Shown here one piece after another: positions 17,682 to 28,700 of a stretch of 64,000 bases of DNA. The DNA is from Candidatus Magasanikbacteria bacterium RIFOXYC2_FULL_42_28 (GTDB lineage: Bacteria > Patescibacteriota > Patescibacteriia > Magasanikbacterales > GWA2-37-8): contig MFQZ01000001.1 in assembly GCA_001784435.1 (NCBI GenBank), positions 220,742-284,741 on the forward strand, in the 5' to 3' direction. The notes under the pieces were generated by a model that did not search any database, was not told where the DNA came from, and saw nothing but the letters and a program-made list of their open reading frames with translations. The translations under genes and the position numbers were made by a program. Each line of letters starts with the position of its first letter. The stretch's first letter is position 1.

Positions 17682-18842
17682 TTAAGTTTTTTTTAGTATT
17701 TTTATTCCCGGTAAAATTTTCCCAGATAAATATTCCAACATCGCCCCCCCGCCGGTTGAAACTAAATCAATCTCACCGGCTAATTTTAATTTTTCTAAAA
17801 TTTCAATGGTTTCGCCGCCACCCGCTACGCCAAACGCTTGGCCTTTGGAGCGTGCCGCGAATAACCGCGCGAGCGAATAGGTGCCATATTGATAGGGGTG
17901 TTGTTCAAACCGTCCCATCGCTCCATTCCAAATTAAAGTTTTCGCTTTTTTTATATACTGACTGAATAATTTTACTGTCGCTGGACCGATGTCAAAAATC
18001 CCTTCATTTTTGGATAATTTTAATGGCTTGAGCAAAGATACAATTCTGGCTTTTGTGCCATTGGCACACCCAACGACCACATCCACCGGCATTATTATTT
18101 TTTTATGTGCACCCAATCGCTTCATCAATTTGATATAATCTTTATCAATTAACGACGCACCCAATTGATGCCCATGTCCGGCTAAATAGGTATTAACTAT
18201 CCCGCCCCCGACTAAAATATAATCGGCCTTAGTTAAAAAATTTTGTAAAATGGGAATCTTGGTCTCAATTTTCGCTCCGCCTAAAATTAATACGAGTGGT
18301 TTTTTGGCTTTGGCAGTCGCGTGCTCTAACCCTTCAATTTCTGCGCTTATCAGTAGTCCGGCGTAAGCAGGCAAATATTTGGCCACGCCTGATACTGAAG
18401 CGGACGCCCGATGCGCCACGGCAAAACCGTCTAAAACAAACAGGTCGGCAAGCCCAGCCAATTGCTTTGATAGTATTATACCACATTTTTCTTCTTCCGG
18501 AAAGAAACGGATGTTTTCTAGAAGGACAAGACGCGCACCACTGTCATCCCGACGAAAGTCGGGATCTCTGTCCAGTCGCACTTTCTCTCCCAACAATTTT
18601 TCCAAACACTTTGCCACCGGCGCCAAAGATAATTTTTTATCAACTCCTTTTGGCCGGCCCAAGTGCGACACCAAAATCACCCGCGCGCCTTTGCTTAATA
18701 AATATTTTATCGTCGGCAAACTTTTAATAATTTTAAAATCTTCTTTTACTTTCCCCTTTTCAACCGGCACATTAAAATCCACCCGCACTAAAACGCGTTT
18801 GTCTTTCAAATTTTTTACTTCGGTAATTTTACGCAAACGCAT
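17682..18842 (-). CDS. pgk: Phosphoglycerate kinase with an in-frame hairpin-repeat insertion.
   Basis: VLVRVDFNVP N-terminal motif and two-domain PGK layout. The insertion translates to LDRDPDFRRDDSGARL. Confidence 0.92.
   Translation of the reverse strand: MRLRKITEVKNLKDKRVLVRVDFNVPVEKGKVKEDFKIIKSLPTIKYLLSKGARVILVSHLGRPKGVDKKLSLAPVAKCLEKLLGEKVRLDRDPDFRRDDSGARLVLLENIRFFPEEEKCGIILSKQLAGLADLFVLDGFAVAHRASASVSGVAKYLPAYAGLLISAEIEGLEHATAKAKKPLVLILGGAKIETKIPILQNFLTKADYILVGGGIVNTYLAGHGHQLGASLIDKDYIKLMKRLGAHKKIIMPVDVVVGCANGTKARIVSLLKPLKLSKNEGIFDIGPATVKLFSQYIKKAKTLIWNGAMGRFEQHPYQYGTYSLARLFAARSKGQAFGVAGGGETIEILEKLKLAGEIDLVSTGGGAMLEYLSGKILPGIKILKKT
18541..18574. repeat. Family A hairpin repeat (CTGTCATCCCGACGAAAGTCGGGATCTCTGTCCA) in frame in pgk.
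   Basis: Same element as 3089, 25648, 35034 and 45601. The pgk frame stays open through it. Confidence 0.85.
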
Positions 18843-18849
18843 AATTGGC

Positions 18850-18900
18850 TATTTTTGAAATTGGAAATTGGAAATTTGACATTTCGCCAATATATTATAC
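18850..18900. repeat. Family E repeat (GAAATTGGAAATTGGAAATTTGACATTTCGCC) in the pgk 5' intergenic region. It carries a TATAAT on the minus strand.
   Basis: The minus-strand reading is GGTATAATATATTGGCGAAATGTCAAATTTCCAATTTCCAATTTC..ATG(pgk). Confidence 0.75.
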
Positions 18901-18903
18901 CAT

Positions 18904-19932
18904 TTATTCCGCCAACTCGCCATATCCCGCATCCTCCGGCCAAACATAATTCGCGAGCGCCCACACTCCCAAATCGCGTGCTTCGGTAAAACGAGTTTCA
19001 TTGGTGGTGGCGCCTAAAACTACCACGCGCACTCCCCGCCCGCTCGCATCACCTAATTTTACCGCAAAATTATAACCCGACTCGCCAATATATCCGGTCT
19101 TGCCGGCAATCTGATCGTTATCAAATTTATGCGGAATCCAGCCGGTCAAAAGCCAATCCGTGCTCCAAACACGCGTCGGTTTTTTGGCTCCCACTGATTG
19201 AGCGTAATATTCCGGCGTTTGCAAAGCGCGATAAATTTTATCCTCGCGCAACGCAAATTTTAATAACCGCGCGATATCCCGGCTGTTGCCAACATTGCCC
19301 GCATCTAATCCGGTCGGGTCGGTAAAACGCAAAGAATCCAACCGCCAAATTTTTGCTTTCGCATTCATCCGCGCCACAAATTCCGTTTTGGTCAGTCCGG
19401 TTAAACGCGCGAGCGCGTTCACCGCGCCGTTAGAAGATCCAACCAACGCTAAATTCCAAAGTTCAGTCGCCGTATATTTCTCGCCCGCAGTAGCGACACG
19501 GCTCCCAACGGCCTCATCATCGCTAAATTCCGCTGTGGCCTGCCAATCAAATTTTCTTTCTAAAATAACGAGCACGCTCATTAATTTTGTGATACTCGCG
19601 AGCGCACGCACCGCGTCCGGATTTTTAGAAAATAATTCCGTGTCCGTGCGATTGTCCACTACCAAAACCGCTTCGGCTGTTAGTGGTAAATTAAAATCTT
19701 TTTTATCGGGCTTGACCAAAGGCACAAGCGGATGGCTCACTGGTAAGACCGCTGGTTTTATATCGCCACCTACAAGCAAAGTTTGACGTGGTGTTAATTT
19801 TGGCAATTCTGGCGGTGTCACCACATTCGGCACAATCGAAACCGTACTAAAAAAAAGTCCGCCTATCCCCAAAAAGGCAAGCGAAAAAGAAAAAAATCCG
19901 TCTTTTAAATTGGAATTATTTTCAGGTGTCAT
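18904..19932 (-). CDS. D-alanyl-D-alanine carboxypeptidase (PBP5-like, serine type).
   Basis: SITK (SxxK) and SSN (SxN) motifs, and an N-terminal signal/anchor. Confidence 0.8.
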   Translation of the reverse strand: MTPENNSNLKDGFFSFSLAFLGIGGLFFSTVSIVPNVVTPPELPKLTPRQTLLVGGDIKPAVLPVSHPLVPLVKPDKKDFNLPLTAEAVLVVDNRTDTELFSKNPDAVRALASITKLMSVLVILERKFDWQATAEFSDDEAVGSRVATAGEKYTATELWNLALVGSSNGAVNALARLTGLTKTEFVARMNAKAKIWRLDSLRFTDPTGLDAGNVGNSRDIARLLKFALREDKIYRALQTPEYYAQSVGAKKPTRVWSTDWLLTGWIPHKFDNDQIAGKTGYIGESGYNFAVKLGDASGRGVRVVVLGATTNETRFTEARDLGVWALANYVWPEDAGYGELAE

Positions 19933-19934
19933 AA

Positions 19935-20477
19935 TTATACGGTCGGTTGCGTCGCGCGCGCGGCCGTCAGATACTCGTGATTATGCAAAGTCGCATAATC
20001 CGGCAATTCATGTAAAGAATTTAATCCTAAGCGGCGCAAATAATCCATCGTCACTTCGTAAGTTGGTAATAAATTAGTCGCATCATCGCGCTCTTTCACC
20101 AGTCCCCGCATCATTAAATTACGCAAAATCAAAGCGCAATTCACACCGCGAATTTGTTCTAATTCCGGTTTGGTTATCGGCCCGCAATACGAAATCACGG
20201 TTAGAGTTTCTAATTGCGGGCGAGTTAATTCCCCCGACACTTCGGCTTTGATAAAATTTTCCGCCACCGTTTGATTATCCGGACTCGCAACCATTTGGTA
20301 TTCATCATTATTTTCCACAATCACCACGCCAGAATTTTCCACATTATATTTTGCGCGCAATTCAGTGACAACAGTCAAAACTTCTTCAGCCGAAACATTT
20401 AATGCCTTGGCTAATTTTTTAACGCCAAGCGGTTTAGACGCTACGAATAGGATTGATTCTAATTGAGAGACAAGCAT
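19935..20477 (-). CDS. scpB: Segregation and condensation protein B.
   Basis: LESILFVASKPLGVKKLAKAL winged-helix N-terminus. Confidence 0.85.
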   Translation of the reverse strand: MLVSQLESILFVASKPLGVKKLAKALNVSAEEVLTVVTELRAKYNVENSGVVIVENNDEYQMVASPDNQTVAENFIKAEVSGELTRPQLETLTVISYCGPITKPELEQIRGVNCALILRNLMMRGLVKERDDATNLLPTYEVTMDYLRRLGLNSLHELPDYATLHNHEYLTAARATQPTV

Positions 20478-20486
20478 AAAATAAAA

Positions 20487-21179
20487 TTAAATTTTTACAA
20501 TTTCCATATCGCCAAACGCGCTCGTCTGTCGCGCCGACGCTTTGGCTTCTTTTAATAAATCTAACACCGCCAAAAATGTCACTATTACATCGGTGCGACT
20601 TTCGGCTTTTTCTAAAACACTTCTAAAATTAAAACTTTTGTGCGTTTTTAAAATTTCCCACAGTGCGACTACTCTTTCTTTTACGGATAATCCCCTGTCA
20701 ATTTGCACACGTGGCAGTGGATTAATCGGTTTCAAACGCGTTAACAATTTTTCAAACGACGCGCGCAAATCTTCTATTTTTGCATTCGCCGGTAAAACAA
20801 ATTCTTTTAATTTAATTGGCGGTTCAACGCGACCATACGCCACTCTGCCTTCATTCCATTTACCTTCAATAATTTTACTCGCCTCCACATATTGGCGATA
20901 CAATTTTAATTGGTCAGCGAGGTTAGGGCCGTCATCTTCTTCGGGATATAAATATGGCAGTAAAGTGCGTGATTTTAAATATACCAATTTTGTGGCGACA
21001 ACTAAAAAATCCGCCAACTGCTCGGAACGCTCGCCGTCTAATTTATCCAAGTATTTAATAAACTGCTCGGTCACTTGCGAAAGAGAAACTTCGGTAATAT
21101 TTAATTTCTCCTCGTCAATTAATTGGAGGAGTAAATCTAACGGCCCTTCAAATTTTTCTAGTTTTAGTTCGTGGATCAT
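20487..21179 (-). CDS. scpA: Segregation and condensation protein A.
   Basis: LKLEKFEGPLDLLLQLIDEEKLNITEVSLSQVT N-terminus. Confidence 0.85.
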   Translation of the reverse strand: MIHELKLEKFEGPLDLLLQLIDEEKLNITEVSLSQVTEQFIKYLDKLDGERSEQLADFLVVATKLVYLKSRTLLPYLYPEEDDGPNLADQLKLYRQYVEASKIIEGKWNEGRVAYGRVEPPIKLKEFVLPANAKIEDLRASFEKLLTRLKPINPLPRVQIDRGLSVKERVVALWEILKTHKSFNFRSVLEKAESRTDVIVTFLAVLDLLKEAKASARQTSAFGDMEIVKI

Positions 21180-21187
21180 AATAGTTA

Positions 21188-21294
21188 ACTGTCATCCCGA
21201 GCGTAGCCGAGGGATCCCTTAATGTTGACATTGTTTTTGATGTTGACTATAAGGGATTCCTCCGCTCCCTGCGACGGTCGGTCGGAATGACAAG
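21188..21294. repeat. Intergenic long palindromic element (family B variant) between scpA and aspS.
   Basis: CTGTCATCCCGAGCGTAGCCGAGGGATCCCTTAATGTTGACAT...TAAGGGATTCCTCCGCTCCCTGCGACGGTCGGTCGGAATGACAAG. Confidence 0.8.
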
Positions 21295-21299
21295 TGATA

Positions 21300-22649
21300 T
21301 TACTGTTTATACTCCGGCGGAGAAATTTGTAAATCTATTCTATTTAAATCACGCGGAAATAGGGTAGCGTATTTTACATTATCAATTTCCAGCAAGCGCG
21401 CTGTCAAACGCTCTAATCCCAAACCAAATCCGCCTTCTGGGGGCATACCGTATTTAAACGCTTCCAAATAAAATTTAAAATCCTCCGGATTCAATCCTTT
21501 ATTTTCCATACTTTTAACAAGCGCATTGTAATCGTTGTGACGCTGTCCGCCGGAAGTAATTTCAATTCCACGAAACAACAAATCAAAACTTTTGGTAAAT
21601 TCCGGATTTTTTTCATCAGGATACGTATACATCGGACGCTTGGAGGTCGGATAATGTGTGACAAAAATAAAATCAGAATTAAAGATGGTTTTAGCATATT
21701 CACCAAGCCATTTTTCTTCACTTGGTTCCAAATCCGGCTCGCTAATGTGATCTACGCCGGTTTTTTCTTTGATTAATTGCTGAACTTCGCGCAAAGTCAT
21801 AAACGGAACTTTTTCCGGCAAGAGTGGGCGCGCATATTTCCATATTTTTAATTCACTGGAAACGGTCGCATCCAAATGATTTAAAATGTGGCGCATCATT
21901 GCCATTTCCAAATCCATCACATCATGGTGATCGGTAATCATCCCCATTTCCAAATCCAATCCGGTAAATTCATTCAAGTGGCGCGTGGTGGCGTGCTGTT
22001 CCGCGCGAAAACAATTTCCCACCGCGAATACGCGTTCAAAAACTCCGACCATAATTTGCTTATAAAATTGCGGACTTTGCGCGAGAGTCGCTTTATTTTT
22101 TAAATATGATACTTCAAACACATCGGCTCCACCCTCGGCCGCGGCCGCCACAATTTTAGGCGCTTGAATTTCGGTAAAACCTTGCGTATTTAAATAATCA
22201 CGAAAGCCACGGACAATTTCCGCTTGAATTTTAAACACCGCGCGATATTTATCCGCACGCAAAGTCAAAGGTAAATAATCCAAATGCACATCCATGCCAA
22301 TTTTTTCATCTTCCAAATCCAACGGCAATGGCTCGGCCTCGGCTAAAACTTTTAACTCCTTGGCTAAAACTTCCACCATCCCAGTCGGCATTTCCGGATT
22401 TTGTTGTTTGGCGCCACGCGCGTTTACGACACCGCGAATTTCCACGACCCATTCCGGGCGCACGGTTTTTAATTTTTCTTGACTCGCTTCGTCCAATTCT
22501 GCCGGCACGCCGACAACCTGAACAATTCCAGCGCGGTCGCGCAAATCCAAAAATACGATTTTTCCCATGTTGCGGCGGGCATTGACCCAGCCTTTTAGTG
22601 TTACCTCTTGGCCGATTTTGTTATTGGTTTCTACAGATAATGTTCTCAT
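21300..22649 (-). CDS. aspS: Class IIb aspartyl-tRNA synthetase, archaeal/type-2-like and possibly non-discriminating. AsnRS is not excluded.
   Basis: N-terminal OB fold (GWVNARRNMGKIVFLDLRDRAGIVQVV). Motif 2 FRAEQHATTRHLNEFTGLDLEM resembles archaeal AspRS (TTRHLNE). Motif 3 GGFGLGLERL. 449 aa. Confidence 0.7.
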   Translation of the reverse strand: MRTLSVETNNKIGQEVTLKGWVNARRNMGKIVFLDLRDRAGIVQVVGVPAELDEASQEKLKTVRPEWVVEIRGVVNARGAKQQNPEMPTGMVEVLAKELKVLAEAEPLPLDLEDEKIGMDVHLDYLPLTLRADKYRAVFKIQAEIVRGFRDYLNTQGFTEIQAPKIVAAAAEGGADVFEVSYLKNKATLAQSPQFYKQIMVGVFERVFAVGNCFRAEQHATTRHLNEFTGLDLEMGMITDHHDVMDLEMAMMRHILNHLDATVSSELKIWKYARPLLPEKVPFMTLREVQQLIKEKTGVDHISEPDLEPSEEKWLGEYAKTIFNSDFIFVTHYPTSKRPMYTYPDEKNPEFTKSFDLLFRGIEITSGGQRHNDYNALVKSMENKGLNPEDFKFYLEAFKYGMPPEGGFGLGLERLTARLLEIDNVKYATLFPRDLNRIDLQISPPEYKQ

Positions 22650-22651
22650 AT

Positions 22652-23233
22652 TTAATTTTTTCTTGATTTCATTATTAATTTTTTAAACATTTGATAATTT
22701 TCTTCTGTTTCTTTTTTACAAATATCAAGCGATAATATTTTATGTTTTTCGTCAATTTTTGATTCCATAAACTGTAAATTTTTATCCAAATCTTCCGAAT
22801 CACGTTTCCCCAATAATGTCATATACGCAAAAAATCCCCTGGCGCTTAAAAATCGATAGCAATCGGCATTGGCACAGATTTCTGCTTCTAGACAGCTAAA
22901 AGGAACTGCGCCGTGGTGCGCTTCTATGCAATTTATTACTTTATTTTTTAAATCATCGTCAACTCGTAATTCTGATAGCCACTCACTACCCCATTTAGAA
23001 CTCATTGCCACATGGTCTTGAATTTTGCCTTCTTTTAAGGCCTGGCCCAATTTACAATCCATCAAATAACAACCGGCCTTTACAATATTAACGTCGACAC
23101 CTAATTTTTCCGCTAATTCTATCCCCTTTTGTTCGGAAATTACAAAATGTTCTGGAATTGGCGTACCATATTTTTCCGTCTCCGCCCAGGCTAATTGTCT
23201 TAATTTTTGTAAAACTTCTTCACTCAAAGACAT
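22652..23233 (-). CDS. Hypothetical protein, possibly a degenerate HD-domain phosphohydrolase.
   Basis: AGCYLMDCKLG (HD-like, with H replaced by M) and CIEAHHG...CANADCYRF. Confidence 0.35.
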   Translation of the reverse strand: MSLSEEVLQKLRQLAWAETEKYGTPIPEHFVISEQKGIELAEKLGVDVNIVKAGCYLMDCKLGQALKEGKIQDHVAMSSKWGSEWLSELRVDDDLKNKVINCIEAHHGAVPFSCLEAEICANADCYRFLSARGFFAYMTLLGKRDSEDLDKNLQFMESKIDEKHKILSLDICKKETEENYQMFKKLIMKSRKN

Positions 23234-23244
23234 ATTGATTTAAA

Positions 23245-23598
23245 TCATGGTATCTTATTTCTCGCCGCCATTGCAAACTCAAAAAAATATTTTTCCATTT
23301 TTTCCGGTGTGTCGCCATATTGCCTGTCGCCATAAAAAGTGTCAGCTAACACCTCACGCGCCCGACAAATTTCTTTCAATTTCGGACCATGCCAACGAAT
23401 ATCCGCAATTGTTAAATCTAGCAATTCAAAACCACGCTCAAGCGCTTTATCGCGCATTTCCCGCATCCCTTTTACCTCCCATTTAGCCGCCCGGCCAACT
23501 TCACTGCCAACATTGCCTAACTGTTCGCACAGCGTCAAAGTTTGCCATTTGCCAGTCGCTTGGTCAGCGTGAATAAAATCTGCCATATCAATCAACAA
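23245..23598 (-). CDS. Small MazG-like nucleotide pyrophosphohydrolase-like protein.
   Basis: LCEQLGNVGSEVGRAAKWE...E..R helical pattern typical of the all-alpha NTP-PPase fold. Confidence 0.35.
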   Translation of the reverse strand: MLIDMADFIHADQATGKWQTLTLCEQLGNVGSEVGRAAKWEVKGMREMRDKALERGFELLDLTIADIRWHGPKLKEICRAREVLADTFYGDRQYGDTPEKMEKYFFEFAMAARNKIP

Positions 23599-24004
23599 TT
23601 AATTTACCAACCAATGCCAAAATCTGCTCACGAATTTGCTCATCTTCCACACTACGCGAACGATTATTTTGACGCGGACGAATATTTATCATTGAATCGA
23701 ATTCAATCCTATCCGCAACCGGCAAATCCGGATAAATATTTATCCCCCACAAATCATTTTGCTTAGAACCATCTTCTAATAATAATTGCTCTTCATCAGC
23801 GTGCATTTCCCCGCCCAAAGCCATTTTTCCACGCGACAAATCAACCACAATCTTAACCATATCACCCATTCTTTGGCTGGCGATTTCTTTTATTTTTGCT
23901 ATGGTAATTGGTTGATCAGTAATCAATATTTCACTCATATTTTTATAATTATTTCCACCACCGCGGTAAGATATCAGAACATATCTGCCATCTTTCCACG
24001 TCAA
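23588..24004 (-). CDS. Hypothetical protein.
   Basis: Open reading frame with typical codon usage. No recognised motif. Confidence 0.4.
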   Translation of the reverse strand: MTWKDGRYVLISYRGGGNNYKNMSEILITDQPITIAKIKEIASQRMGDMVKIVVDLSRGKMALGGEMHADEEQLLLEDGSKQNDLWGINIYPDLPVADRIEFDSMINIRPRQNNRSRSVEDEQIREQILALVGKLIVD

Positions 24005-24479
24005 TTAAATCACGGTGATTGCGTAAAATAAATGGGAGATTTCGAACGCGCGATCCCGGATATATGCCAACAATTTTACCATTCGCGTCGGCAATCGTAA
24101 TTACACGTTCTTTTCCCGAAGCCACATCGGCAATCGATAAATCAATATTACCATCTAACATCTGAGCCTGTCTATATGCCGAAATCCAACCACCTAAACA
24201 ATCAATAAAATATCCACCGATACCACACATCGCGCCGATACAAAATGACTCATCGCCAAAAGCCCGAACATAAAAACTGGAAATTGGGACGTGATCGTCC
24301 GGTGGCGCCCAACCGGTAGATTCTCCCGCCTTTTCAAAGGTATTCATGCCTAATATTATCCCTTTATAACTTCTAACACCAAATGGATAACGCCAAGCTA
24401 CAACAATAACCACAGTCGTAATAACCACTGCTAATATTATAATAATTTTTTTATGATTGAATTTCATATCATTCAACAA
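23949..24479 (-). CDS. Hypothetical secreted or membrane-anchored protein.
   Basis: N-terminal hydrophobic segment IIIILAVVITTVVIVVAW. Cys-rich. No recognised motif. Confidence 0.4.
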   Translation of the reverse strand: MLNDMKFNHKKIIIILAVVITTVVIVVAWRYPFGVRSYKGIILGMNTFEKAGESTGWAPPDDHVPISSFYVRAFGDESFCIGAMCGIGGYFIDCLGGWISAYRQAQMLDGNIDLSIADVASGKERVITIADANGKIVGIYPGSRVRNLPFILRNHRDLIDVERWQICSDILPRWWK

Positions 24480-24628
24480 CCTCTAATACCCCAACACTTT
24501 GACTGTCGCCCTTGCGCGCTTTGACCAACATATCATAAATTTCACCCCATTTCTTTTGATCTAACACCGTAATACAACCCAAAGAATGTCGGCCAGTATG
24601 AATATAACGCTCACCACTATGCCAATGA

Positions 24629-25624
24629 TTAACCAAACAACTCCGCCATTTCTATCATGCGATGGGCGTAGCCACATTCATTATCATACCATGCCACCAC
24701 TTTTACCAAATTGCCACCGACGACATTCGTAAGCGCGCTATCCACAATTGCCGAGTAAGTATTGCCGACATAATCAGACGACACTAGTGGCTCTGATGAT
24801 ACTGCCAATACACCAGCAAAACGCGCGGTTTGCGAAGCGGCCAATAACGCCAAATTAACTTCTTCTTTGGTCACATTTTTTTTCAAAACCGCGGTAATAT
24901 CGGACAAGGAACAAGTTGGTACTGGCACACGAAACGCTACGCCATCAAAAATTCCTTTTAAATTTGCCTTTGCTTCCCCCACAGCTTTGGCTGCACCAGT
25001 AGAAGTCGGCACGATATTTTCCGCGGCCGCGCGCGCCCGGCGCAAGTCCTTGTGCGGACCGTCTTGTAAATTTTGGTCGGCGGTGTAACCGTGCACCGTG
25101 CTCATCAAAGCTTTTTCAATGCCAAATTTTTCGTCTAATACGGCCATTACCGGGCCAATACAATTAGTAGTGCAAGAAGCGTTGTTAATTACACGAGATT
25201 TTTCCTGGCTAACCTTGCCACAATTTACCGCGCGGACATAGGTCGGGACATCGGCGCCTTTAGCCGGAGCGGAAATTATTACTTTGCCGGCACCGGCGGT
25301 CAAATGCGCCGAAGCGGAAATTTTATCGGTAAATCGGCCAGTGCATTCCAGAACTATATCTACTTTTAATTTTTTCCATGGCAACATCGCCGGATCTTTT
25401 TCCGCAAACACCGGAATTTTTTTACCCTTAACAATTAAATTTTTTTCATCATACGAAACTTCCACCTCCCATTTTCCATAGGCAGTATCATATTGCAAAA
25501 GATGCGCCAAAGTTTTCGTATCGGTCAAATCATTAACCGCGACAACTTTAACATTTTTACGACCCCAAGCGGCTTTAAACGCCTGGCGACCGATACGACC
25601 GAAGCCGTTGATTGCGATGTTCAT
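24629..25624 (-). CDS. gap: Glyceraldehyde-3-phosphate dehydrogenase.
   Basis: NIAINGFGRIGR Rossmann motif and the catalytic ASCTTNC motif. Confidence 0.95.
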   Translation of the reverse strand: MNIAINGFGRIGRQAFKAAWGRKNVKVVAVNDLTDTKTLAHLLQYDTAYGKWEVEVSYDEKNLIVKGKKIPVFAEKDPAMLPWKKLKVDIVLECTGRFTDKISASAHLTAGAGKVIISAPAKGADVPTYVRAVNCGKVSQEKSRVINNASCTTNCIGPVMAVLDEKFGIEKALMSTVHGYTADQNLQDGPHKDLRRARAAAENIVPTSTGAAKAVGEAKANLKGIFDGVAFRVPVPTCSLSDITAVLKKNVTKEEVNLALLAASQTARFAGVLAVSSEPLVSSDYVGNTYSAIVDSALTNVVGGNLVKVVAWYDNECGYAHRMIEMAELFG

Positions 25625-25647
25625 AGATAATAATTAGAAATAAGATA

Positions 25648-25680
25648 GACAGAGATCCCGATTTTCATCGGGATGACAGA
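25648..25680. repeat. Family A hairpin repeat, intergenic copy.
   Basis: AGACAGAGATCCCGATTTTCATCGGGATGACAGA. Confidence 0.85.
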
Positions 25681-25702
25681 TATATTTTACCTCATCATTA
25701 AA

Positions 25703-25738
25703 ACAAAAACAAGGGCGTTATTAGTACCCTTGTTTTTA
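25703..25738 (-). terminator. Rho-independent terminator after the giant surface-protein gene. The symmetric sequence could act bidirectionally.
   Basis: AAAACAAGGG-CGTTATTAGTA-CCCTTGTTTT flanked by A and T runs. Confidence 0.75.
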
Positions 25739-25749
25739 AGTTATTTATT

Positions 25750-28700
25750 CTACCTTGCGTTCAACGCCGCTCGCGTGGCCGGACCCAAATGGCCAGGATA
25801 TGGCTTCAAATCCTTAGCTTTTTGGAATTTAACCACCGCCGCTTTGGTAACCGCGCCATAGTAACCGGTGATGGTTGGGTAAGTGAAATAACCTAAATCT
25901 TTCAACACTTGCTGTAATTGTTTCACTTCTTCACCAGTCGCGCCCATTCCCAAATACTTGGTAAATTTGTAGCCCGAGGACACAACTGGTGCTGGTGTTG
26001 TGACAATCGGCGCCGATCCATTTAATTTTTCACAAGTGGCCGTATTCAACTTACCATTTATCGGCAAGCCCTTGGCCTTTTGATAAGCGCTTACCGCTTT
26101 TGCTGTCACCGCACCGTAATAACCGGTGTTAGAAGGGTAAGTAAAATATCCTAATTCTTTCAAATGCGCCTGTAAATCTTTGACCGCGTTACCTCGCGCG
26201 CCCGGATTTAGATTGCCTTTACACCTGATGATGGTAACTGCTGGTGTTACTACGACGGCGACCGGTTGAGTTGTGGTCGACACAACTACTGGTGGTGGCG
26301 TCGTAGTTACCGGGGAAATCAAAGTGATCGTATCTGACACGGCATTGGAGACATTTCCAGAATCGTCGCGGAATTTAGCGTATACGGTCTTGACACCGTC
26401 GCCCACAGCCAATACCCACGCTTTCGTCGTAGAATATGTCGTCCAGACGCCACCAGCAAATGCGCTATCATTAGCAACCATCATATGCGATGCGCCAGTC
26501 GCGGCTAAAGCCAGATTAACGCTTGTAGTCGCGATAGAAGTCGCGCCGTCCGCTATTACAACTGAAGTGTTGGTCGGTGGAGTGGTGTCAGATGAACCGC
26601 CGCCACCGCCACTCGATGCTGAATCATTATCAGTGATAGCAACGGTAATATCGTTAATTACTAAACCATTATAATCTGAATCATCACTTGTTACCGCGTG
26701 AGTAATGGTGGTGCTATGTGACCCCTCAACCGTGCTATCATCGGTAGCGGTAACGATTATTGATTGAGGTGTGGCATAATTGCCCGAAGTAAATGTCAAA
26801 CTGGACGGCGACCGAGTGGCCTGACTGGCGATTGATGGGGTAATTACCACATTGGCTGTGGGCTCGCTAGTCAAAACATAACTTACCGTGTCGGTGGTTC
26901 CACCTTCGGTAACTGCGGTCACCTCATCTGATTGAGTAACAGTAATACCGGCACTACCTTGTGTATAAGTAATCACGAAATCCGTAAAGTGGCTGGTCAA
27001 ACCGGTGATAGTATTATTAGCCGTATCAATGGTAAACCCGCCCTCTACCGGCACATAATCGCCTTTTTCTGGAGAGTAATAAGCTAATTTCAAATCTGAT
27101 TCCGAAACCCCTTCCGGCAAATCAGCCAATAAACTGGCGTAATCGATTTGAATTTCCGCGTTGCCGGATAAAGTTTTAATACTGGAATCTCCGGTAGCGT
27201 TGATACTGAAGTTGGCGTTACCCAACGCTTGATAGTTAGCGGTATCAGGAGCGTTATAACTCTTTTCAAAATTTAAGGTAACATCGCCCGAACCGGTTTC
27301 CAACACGCCCGCGCCGGCTGTTAATTTAAGCCCGGTGCCGGAACTATCATTCACCGAACCACCGGCCGAAGCGGTCAAAATCCCCGAGGTAGAAGTAGCA
27401 ACATTACTAGCATCGGCAGTCAAAACGAAACTGGCAATTTCATCACCGCCACTTACGATAACCGCGCCACCACTATTAGTAGTTTCAGTATGACTCTCAC
27501 CCACACCTTTAAGGGTCCAAGTACCGGTGGCAACAGCCAAAGAATACGAACCATCAGCATTAACCGGAGCCGTAACTACGGTACCGGAAGCATTGGTCGC
27601 CCAGACATAACCCTCATCCATAGCCACGCCGGCTGAACTGCTCACCGTGCCGGAAATAGTGTAAGGCGCGCTTGTAAGGGCGGCTTGGCCATCGTTGTCC
27701 GTGCCACCTTCACTCGTGCCAAAATCATACCCAGCAGTACTAGTGGCGAACTCTACACTGGTATCTTTAGTAGGCAAATATCCGGCCAAAGAATCACTCA
27801 CGCTGTAATCACCGGCTTTTAATTGCGCGCTATATTGTCCGTTGGAATCAGTCGTTGCCGTAATCGTGCTACTGGCATTGGTAAAGGTGATAAGAGCGCC
27901 GGATTTGGCGTTACCACTGTCATCATAAACCGTACCGGTAACAGTAAGCAGAGTGGCACCACTTAAATTAATGGCAACTTCCGCTTCACCCTCTAAGAAA
28001 TTTAAAATCGTACCGGTAAACTTACCAATACCAAAAACATCGGCAAAATAAGTGTAGGTCGCACTATCATTTGGAACTGATATGGTGGTGGCGGAATCCA
28101 AACCGTTAATTTGTTTGGCGATTTTTTTATTTTTATCAGCGTTATTTTTTAATTCAATAAACGCGTCCATATCAGCGGCACCACCCGTAAAGGTGAAAAT
28201 AACAGAGCCATTGCTAACTGTTAAATTTTTAGTAGTATTAGCGGCAACTGTTACTGTGTCGCTTAACTCTCCATAAGTGGAACTCCAAGAACCAACCCGA
28301 TAGGTCCCGGCACCGACTTTGACTGAATAATCACCGGCACTATCAGTAGAGCCACCGACTCGGATACCGGCCGGAGCTGGACGATTGTTATCCGCGTCCC
28401 ACTCTTCAATAAATATCGGGGCATTGGCAATATCAGCAACATTACCACTTAAAGTATAACAAGTTGAAACCGACGGAGTAATATTTTGGCTGGATTGATT
28501 GGCGCCACTAACCGTAACGGATTTGGAGAAAGAGCCACAGGTGTCTGATTTACTCGGCGGTAATTGCGCCCGCACGGTCCAAGTGCCATTATCAACAAAC
28601 AAAGTATAACTACCGTCCGAAGAGGTCATACCAAAGACACTGGTACCACTCGCGCTCACTGCTGAAATGGGGGCGTAGCCAATAGCGCTATTGTTGCCGT